NCBI GenBank assembly: GCA_030141605.1
Contig: JAQGDQ010001388.1
Span: forward strand, 1 to 43,170
DNA from: Tubiluchus corallicola
Lineage: Eukaryota > Animalia > Priapulida
Reading direction: 5' to 3'
Length of the DNA stretch: 43,170 bases
Below the pieces are notes generated by a model. It was given only the letters and a program-made list of their open reading frames with translations, made no database searches and was not told where the DNA came from. The translations under genes were made by a program, and so were the position numbers. Shown in pieces: positions 34,875 to 43,170 of the stretch (its first letter is position 1; each line of letters starts with the position of its first letter).

Positions 34875-35001
34875 ATGGAGACAAGTTCTGTTAATACTGG
34901 AGTGCACACCCTACATGCTGCTTGTTATTTGTGTCTTGCATTTTTGCCTGTTTTTTGCAAAATTTATGTCACAAAAATAGCAGCTACTGCTAATGTTGAG
35001 A
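34875..35001 (+). CDS. possible first coding (leader) exon of copy B; mirror at 28532-28658 on the minus strand
   Basis: METSSVNTGVHTLHAACYLCLAFLPVFCKIYVTKIAATANVE has a hydrophobic stretch, and a weak phase-1 donor A|GTAAAC is compatible with the next exon. Speculative. Confidence 0.3.
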
Positions 35002-35448
35002 GTAAACAAAATTATGTTGCCTTTGCCTTGATGTTTGTATTTGCTAAGTTTATATTTTACGTTCTTCAAATTATAATCAATCACAAAAAAACCTTTGTCC
35101 AACTCCCGAGTAGCTGCTGGCTTAAAAATATACTCATGTGTCAAGTTTCAGGCTTTTAAAGTTGGTCAGCTTGATACCTCATAGTGTATTTTCATGAGGT
35201 ATTCAAGAGTAAACTGTCTTGCATAACAGAGATTCTTCTAATAATTGACAAATACCTAATCAGGAAGTATAGTACCATTAGTTATGGCAAGTGCTTTGTC
35301 AGTCATAAGGAGTTAATTTATCAAATAAGTTGTCCAGGAACACTAATGAAACTAATTAATCTAATTAAAGTTAATTAAACCTATTAGCAATTTCTGAGTT
35401 TATAAATTAGTTACAATTTTAGTGCCTCATAGATGTTCACTTTTTTAG

Positions 35449-38400
35449 CTAAGGCATCATGCCCTGAAGGATTTGAAGGGTTTGTTGGAGCCAACGGAAC
35501 AAACAACTATTGTTATAAGTTTGTCATGGATCATTCTAACCGAGTAAAAGCTTATTACAACTGCAAGCAATATGGGGCCTCTTTAGCGTCAATTAAAAGT
35601 GAAGAGGTTTGGGACTACTTTGCTCGTGACAATGGGTGAGTGTCAAAGGTTTCTTACTTTCTTCGTAATTTTAGACTTAAAGCCTACCCCATACCATTAA
35701 CCATTGTTAATAAGTTTTAACGATGACATGACTGTAAAAGGTCCCTTTGAAAGGAATTAAATATTATGTAATGTCAGTTTCAGTTGAACATTTTTTATAC
35801 AATCTGGTATCTCACAAGTCTCTAACCCGGTTGTGGTACCATAAGTTTGGATTGGTGTAAATCCTCCCTTCACAAAGGTAAACAGCCCAAATAAACATGG
35901 CAAAGGAAATCGTACAGAGGGAGAACCAAAATGGTTTATCCAATCCATCTGCATACTGACTACCTAGGCATCATGTTAACCAAGATGACAAAATGCTACT
36001 CATGGACCATACATGCACCACACGTCCATGCATATGCAATTACTACGCATGTCTGTCATGAAGTTCAATTGTAGTTTTTCTTTGATTATCTTCAAAACAC
36101 CATCGAACAAGTTTCATGTACTGCCTTATTTACAGAGCTGTATTTCCATCAACAGTCTACTACTATTGGCTGGGAATAACGTACGATGAAGTGACCAAAA
36201 ACTTTTACTGGGATGATGGTGGTCTTTATGAAGATTTTGGAGGGCCTGAACATTGGTACTATAAAAATTGGCAGGAAGATTGGATGCGTCGTATGTTGAT
36301 CTCTGATTATCACGTTTTAAAAACCAACGAATTCACACATCAATTCAAATCAATTTGGAATCATCCATACAGAAAAATTAGTCTGAATTTAGAAGAATAT
36401 TTAGATTCTTCTAAAGGCTCTGTTTCCGCATTATTTAATCTTTTATACTATAAGAGAATCTTATTTATGTCAAATGATAACGAGTCTACATATTTCATAG
36501 TAAGAGTAAAAATTAGTAACAACATCAATGATGAATTAAAAGGGTGTGTGTATTTAGATGTTAGTTTGGTCACTTGCTGACGTGTTAAAAGTCAGCGTGA
36601 AATAAATAATTAAACATTATTACAAAGAGCAACGATGACCTGAAATACTTTGTTTACAAATGCACGTTTTCTATGCTATACTTGCACAGTGTAAATAAAA
36701 TGTTAGTACGCAACAGTATGGATAAGAATCTTTCAAATTTTATCAATATTTAAAGACAAAATGCCAAAATTACTAGCAATTAAATTTATTACCATATTTC
36801 TGTACTTTCTACCATTGACATAAAAAATAGCATAAACGCATAAATAAGGCAAGCCATACTAGATTTCCAGCTTGATCTAAACAAGCTTTTAATTGTGTAA
36901 ATGCTTACTTACAAACCAGACTAAAATACATTATCATCTTACTTACACACAATGATTCTCCTGCTTTCAACAATAATTACTAATATAATATCGAGAACTA
37001 TTAAAATTTTATTAACTACTTCTGTTTTTTAGCATCAACGGATAAATTTTGTGTAATTGCTGAACTGAGTAGTGGTTACCAATGGAGAACCAACAGATGT
37101 CAATATGATGATTCTGAAGAGATTAACGTCATTTGCGAATATGATGCTGCAGCGGTGCCAACTGCACTGACAGGAGGTGAGATAATTTATTAAACCAACT
37201 CGTAATTATAGAATAGCTATTTTAATGTGATTCACAATAAATGTTGAACTGTTTCGCGGCTATCCAGTTTTTTTAATGTTCCAGATCTATGACAGCAAGA
37301 TCTATATCAATCACTCAAGATCATAATCCCCAATTGCAAATATTTAAGATCAGACACAGAACAAGCAGAGCCACATTCACAATTAAGCACACGTCATGAC
37401 CACGCAGCTCTTCCTCGACTTAGTGTTTCAAATGTTCTATGAATATTCATTTGCAGCTGTATATTTTGCTTCTGGGTCCACCAGAGGTTGACATTGGAAG
37501 ACACAAAGTTAACACAGAGACGTGAGACATTTACAAGAGAACCATTTCTGCATTTTTTCTGGACATTACAAAACAGTTTTGTTTAATTTAGTTGATGGCA
37601 ATCAGTGTCCTTCAGGATGGACCGATTATTCCAGTGCCAATTTTTCATCTTGCCTCAAAGTAATTCAACTTGACCTGAATTTGGCCAGAAATCACTTTGA
37701 CTCCTTGGCACTGGCTGAATGGACTTGTTGGCAGGAAGCTGATGGATTAACTGCTTCTCTAGCTAAAGTTGATTCAGAAGAGAAAGTAGCAGCTGTTGGA
37801 GCAGCAGTGGAATCAGCTATTACAATGTATGTATCTTATGAATTAATGGGTGTCACACTTAATTTATGTTTGGAATGTAATAACTATTTGTGACACGCCA
37901 TGTTATTTTTGATATATATTGTAAGTATATATAATTTGTTGAAATGCATGTAAATGTGCTAAGGCTGACAAACTTACTAAAATCATTTTACTAAAATTTT
38001 GGCGAAAAAAGACTGCAGAATTTTGGATATAGAAGATATACTGTTTAAATTTTCACACAATACTAATTTACTTTATCATTAGGGGAGAGCAGATAGCGTG
38101 GGTTGGGCTGATGCAATATGGGAATACCAATAACTGGATACATCTACAGGATATGGACATGACTGGTATTTACAGTAACGTTGAAATATTTGAAGGTATG
38201 TTGAAAAACGTTATGAATAAGGTTTTGCTGTGCATTCGTACAAAATGTGTAAACTTATGTACGTTGCATACATTCTTAAACACTTTGCCTGTGGCATTTG
38301 TCAAACTCTACCTTTTCACAGTCACTTCACTTTGCTTAACTCTGATTTTCTGTTAACTCTTATAAGATCTTAAGTCTCTAGAGGTTGCAATTTATAAAAA

Positions 38401-41400
38401 AATTCTGACCACATAACGCGTATTTCACTTAATTCATGGCAATAAATTTGACTGCAGTCCTCGCAAAACCTTCATAAAAGTTGTAATCCGAAGCTCCACA
38501 GTTCAAATTTAGCCTTTTCACATTTTATTTTTTGTGTCAAGTTTCTTTTCCCGAAATTCGACGGTTATCTGGTAAAATTAGAAATTATTTAGATTTTTTG
38601 AATAACTTATCAACACCTAGCTTATTTTTTTGTGCACTTGTACTAAAACGAATCATATTCTGAATGTGTTTTGTAGAAGCTGCTGACAAAGTTGGGGTGA
38701 TTGTGCTCAAAGAGTTAAACGCATTTGTCCTTCAGAGCAGAAAAACTAATGACTCTATAGAATATGCAGTTTGTGAGATGCCATTGCCTCAGACAGGTGA
38801 GATGCAATGCACTTTGTGAGATGCTGTAGCCGCAGGCAGCTGAGACAGGATGTAGGATGTTAGATGACATTGTTTCAGACAGGTTAAGTCTTCCTGACAA
38901 CCTTCCCTGACATACAAGCAGTGTTGTACTCTTGCTCTTCTAAGTACAGTTTTATGTCTTTCTACTGACAAAGGCAAGCTAAAAAAGATTATTTTTAAGG
39001 TACCTTGCAGTTTTTATACTTGTAAATTCTGACTAAAGTTTGTCAATATTAATTCTCTTGTTCTTGTCTTGCGACCAATGAAATTTGCTAAAAGAGGACA
39101 ACCAGAAATCCTGCCAAAGATCACAACCATACTGACTGCATCTGAGCGACCAATAAGTCCGTGCATTTGGGCTTAGGTCTGAGTGACTCTGGTTAAATTA
39201 ACATGATTGTTCATTTTATACTTGCAGTTAAACAAGTCTGTAGTTCTACTGCTTTTCATAATGGCCGATCCAAATGCCTTGAGAGGGAGGGACTGGCAAT
39301 GTCTTATGGAGATGCTCTTGTAATGTGTTCATCTCCACGGAGACTCTTGGAAGTGACATCACCCCAGGATACCATTGCCCTTTTAAGCATGTTCAATCTC
39401 CGTGATTACTATGACTACGACAATAATAATTTCATGGGGCTGTAAGTATACATTCTGCATCGTTGTGCAAGCTGCGAATTTGGAATCAAGATGATGGCGA
39501 TTTCGAAGTTAGCAATTGCTGATGTTAATGATGACGATGGTGGTGGTGATGATATTGACGATACTGCTGATAATCCTGAATAAGCAGTTGTTGACAACTA
39601 GTGTCATCACCATTGAGGCAGCAGGAAGCATTAACTGGTGAATGGCATACAAGGTGCCACATTTGAGGCATTTCTTAAATAGAAACATTTAATGTTTCAC
39701 AATTAGCAACAGCTACTGTACTCTTCAATCATTAATAGCAACTGACAGTCCTCTGTCGTTACGAGCAGCTGTTAAGCCTCAGTTTGTAGCATATTTAGGT
39801 AATACACTATAGGTAACAGTTTATTTGTTGCTTGCTGTCAATGAAATAGCCCATTGGAGAAAATGCTCACTTTTGTTGCAATAAATCACTTATATAAATC
39901 AGTTCAGTTTCCATTTGTTAAACATTTCTGCTTTAAAGGAATCATGGTAATGTCTGGCTTTCACCAAGGCTCAAAATTGGAACCGGAAACTATGAGACAC
40001 CAGATGGACAGATAGTTTCAGTTTTCAATGGTTGGACCTCAAAGGGCCATTACACATTTGAATGGCTGGGTTATTCACTTTGGAAAAGTGAACTACTTCA
40101 ACAAGTTTCTCGGGTAATTCACATGTATCAATTTCATTAATTTTTGTGATTCTTTAGGGATTATCAATTGTGCCTAAACCCACGTTACAGGCAAATTTGT
40201 TTGTTACCGGGACTATTTTTCTGTTCGTTTTTGCCAAATTGTTGTTAGATTCATTAACTGAATCATTTTTATTCTGTCGCTATTATCATATTCTAATTAA
40301 CGCTAATTATCACTCAGCAAATCGAAATTAAAACATTTTGCTATCTTGGTCTGCCCCACAATTTTAATATTGATCCTTTCTATAATTATTAAACTGCTTC
40401 CATCTTCATCTTTTTCAGGTGGAATTTTGTGTTATTTATGTAGAACCCTATAAACACTATACCTATAATTGCGACTACACGTCCCCATCAGTATGTGAAA
40501 TTTCTTATGTATCTGACTCTGGTATGTACCACATTCATAATAACAATTATTTCCAGTAGATAAGCATGCAATATTCAACTGCAGCAGTGATCACTAAAAT
40601 AAACGCGATTTTGTCAAAGAATATGATTAAACAAAACTTAATTACTTAAACAAAACTTGAATATATCTGCAACAACTAGAAAGCTTATCTATAGGCCCAA
40701 AGAAAATAATCATGAAATACAGTTGACATAGTTTGGTTTTGGCTTAATTTGTTATTCAAAATGTAAGTGAACAGTTGATCAGTATTTTCTATAATAACAC
40801 CTGAGATAGGTGACCAAATGTGAATTACATGCATGAATTAAGAATAAGAATGTGAATATCGTCATGGATATAGAAACTTATAATATAGATACAAATATGA
40901 ATGTGCAAGTAAAAATTAATAATTTTAATCAACTGTTCGAGTTGCACCAAACAGCATATATATTAAAAAATTATCTGCACTTTATTTTCAAATTTAATTC
41001 AAACAATATTTATTGTCTTTTATTTTGAAAAACTATTTAATCACAGTAGCTACAGGGCAACAGTTTTCGAGTTCTTGATTAAATTTTATTGGATGGAAGC
41101 TGGGGTTCTTGTTATACGTAGTGGACTAGTATTGTTGGTAGTACTAAGTCAACATCATGAAAACTTGGTAGGCTTATATGAACCGTGCTAAAATTAATAA
41201 TGACCTATTAGATACAGATCTATCATGAAATATTGGTAAAGGCTTACATGGACTATGCTAAAATTAACACTAATTTAATAAATTCGGATGCAGATGAATG
41301 TGCTACTGGAGCACACAACTGTGATCCATTCCTTGCAAACTGCTCAAATACTGATGGAAGCTTCACATGTCAATGTATTGAAGGAACCAATGATGTGAGT

Positions 41401-43134
41401 GGAGCAAATGGCCAAGGAACCAGTTGTTCAGGTAAAAAATAAATGCTTTAAGCTGGCGGCATCAATTAAAACCTGTATACAATTCTGGTACCTACAAGGT
41501 TGGATGATGTAACGTATGTATAAGAGAAGTTTTTAAGAAGTTTATTATTGAAATATGTGCAGATATAGACAAAAATTAGGCCCATATTGCAGTTGTCCAT
41601 GTGCTAGGCCAAACATTTAAAGCATTTAAGAGTTTCGTCACTGCGCAGGTTAACTATAAGGTTACAGATGATCAAAGGTAAACTTAACAAGCTTTTTTAA
41701 AACGTGCTCAATCGCAAAATAACGTCGATTACAGTCATTTTGTAATAATTAAACCACTAGCCAAAGCCCGCCATAATTTCTCGTTGAAGAATCTCATTGA
41801 AATTTTGGTTGACAACATGATCAGTGTTGTGTGTATGGGTGGACTCATGAATAAAACAAGCTAACAAATTTCTTAGTCGCAGGGCATTATTTTTACTCAA
41901 TGATAAGATGTAGTTTCAAGCCACAGGCGAATCTAAAAAAGCATAATGATAGCATGTATAACAGTTATATATCAGTAAAACTGTACAAAACAATACAGAA
42001 AATATAACAGTACAGAAATAGTCACGTACAAAAAAATAAAAGGTCATCCACCCAATATATATGTAGTCACAGTGTTGTTCAACTTTCAGCATAAAATTTA
42101 ACAGACAAAAGATTAGAATAATAATAATGCAAAACTAACAGTAATGCTACTTGCAAAAACATATGCAAACCTTGAGGAAACACACGATCTTTCATGGAAA
42201 CAAACTATATGACCTGTCTTTCATAAAATCTTGGTAAAGGCTTACATGGACTATGCTAAAATTAACACTAATTTAATAAATTCAGATACAGATGAATGTG
42301 CTACTGGAACCCACAACTGTGATCCAATCCTTGCAAACTGCTCAAATACTTATGGAAGTTTCACATGTCAATGTATTGAAGGAACCATTGATGTGAGTGG
42401 AGCAATTGGCCAAGGAACCAGTTGTTCAGGTAAAACATAAATGCTTTAAGTTGGCAGTATCAATTAAAACCTGTATACAATTCTGGTACCTGTATAAGAG
42501 AAGTTTTAAAGAAGTTTATTATTGAAATATGTGCAGATATAGACACAAAATAGGCGCATATTTCAGTTGTTTATGTACAAGGCCAAAAATTAAAATATTT
42601 AAGAGTTTCATCGCTCTGCAGGTTAATTATAAGATTACAGATGATCAAAGGTAAACTTAACCAGGTAAACTAAAGGTGGTCAGTCACAAAATAATGTATT
42701 TTATAACAGCTAGGTGCAGCTCATTCACATTTTATACTATTTATACCACTAGCTAAAGCCCTGCAAAAATTTCTCTTTAAATAACCTCGTCGAAATTTTG
42801 GTTGACAACATAAGAATGTTTTGCAAGTTTATGAAGCTTTCAGCATTTCTAATAAACTCTGCCAGATTTGATTGACATAAGAGCAACAAATTTTGTAAAT
42901 ACGTGATAACTGTTGTTATTTTGTATAAAAAACAATGTATGCGACAGTTGTAATAAATGATGAGTTTTATTTTGTTCAACCTAGATATAAATGAATGCGA
43001 TGCTACTAATCTAACACATAACTGTGACCCTCAGCTTGCTAATTGCACAAACACTGGTGGAAGTTTTTCTTGTCAGTGTATTGATGGAACAATTGACATG
43101 AGTGGAGCAAATGCTACAGGGACTATTTGCTCAG
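35449..43134 (+). CDS. multi-exon gene, copy B: 3 CTL-like domains + cbEGF repeats, continuing past the window end
   Basis: Exons 35449-35635, 36136-36290, 37033-37176, 37592-37826, 38083-38195, 38677-38796, 39228-39441, 39939-40113, 40419-40521, 41294-41431, 42286-42429, 42985-43134. They splice into one open frame with GT-AG boundaries. Confidence 0.9.
38772..38890 (+). repeat. degenerate 43-bp triplication of an exon 3' end and donor site (mirror ~24645-24763)
   Basis: TGTGAGATGCCATTGCCTCAGACAGGTGAG (38772), TGTGAGATGCTGTAGCCGCAGGCAGCTGAG (38815), TGTTAGATGACATTGTTTCAGACAGGTTAA (38858). Confidence 0.7.
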
Positions 43135-43170
43135 GTAAAATGCAGCTAACAGTTAATTTTAAAAGATTAT

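Larger units (their letters stand above)
32945..43170. repeat. right arm of giant inverted duplication (continues beyond the window)
   Basis: Mirror of 20365-30620. Near-identical from ~33850 outward except for 38310-39000. Confidence 0.97.

Overview
AT-rich, intron-containing eukaryotic DNA, probably from an invertebrate animal, with one 100-N gap at 18299-18398. The window opens with a ~4.2-kb 80-bp satellite, followed by a probable solo LTR, one C-type lectin (CTL) exon and a LINE 3' relic. The dominant structure is a giant inverted duplication: ~20365-30620 mirrors ~32945-43170, and the right arm runs off the window. It places two near-identical copies of a multi-exon gene head-to-head. 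The gene encodes 3 atypical CTL domains (3 exons each, splice phases compatible throughout) followed by a long array of symmetric phase-1 calcium-binding EGF exons. The minus-strand copy shows 21 complete EGF exons plus 1 partial; the plus-strand copy shows 3 before the window ends. The centre of the palindrome (28805-34728) is a nest of non-autonomous Helitron-like elements with 5' TC and 3' hairpin+CTAG ends, exact head-to-tail CTAG|TC junctions, and the complete copies pointing inwards. The EGF array is expanding through 786-bp units and 2.8-kb higher-order repeats, and five of the units carry a truncated stop-containing EGF exon. Assembly artefact or haplotype mis-joining must be excluded for the palindrome and for the duplication flanking the gap.
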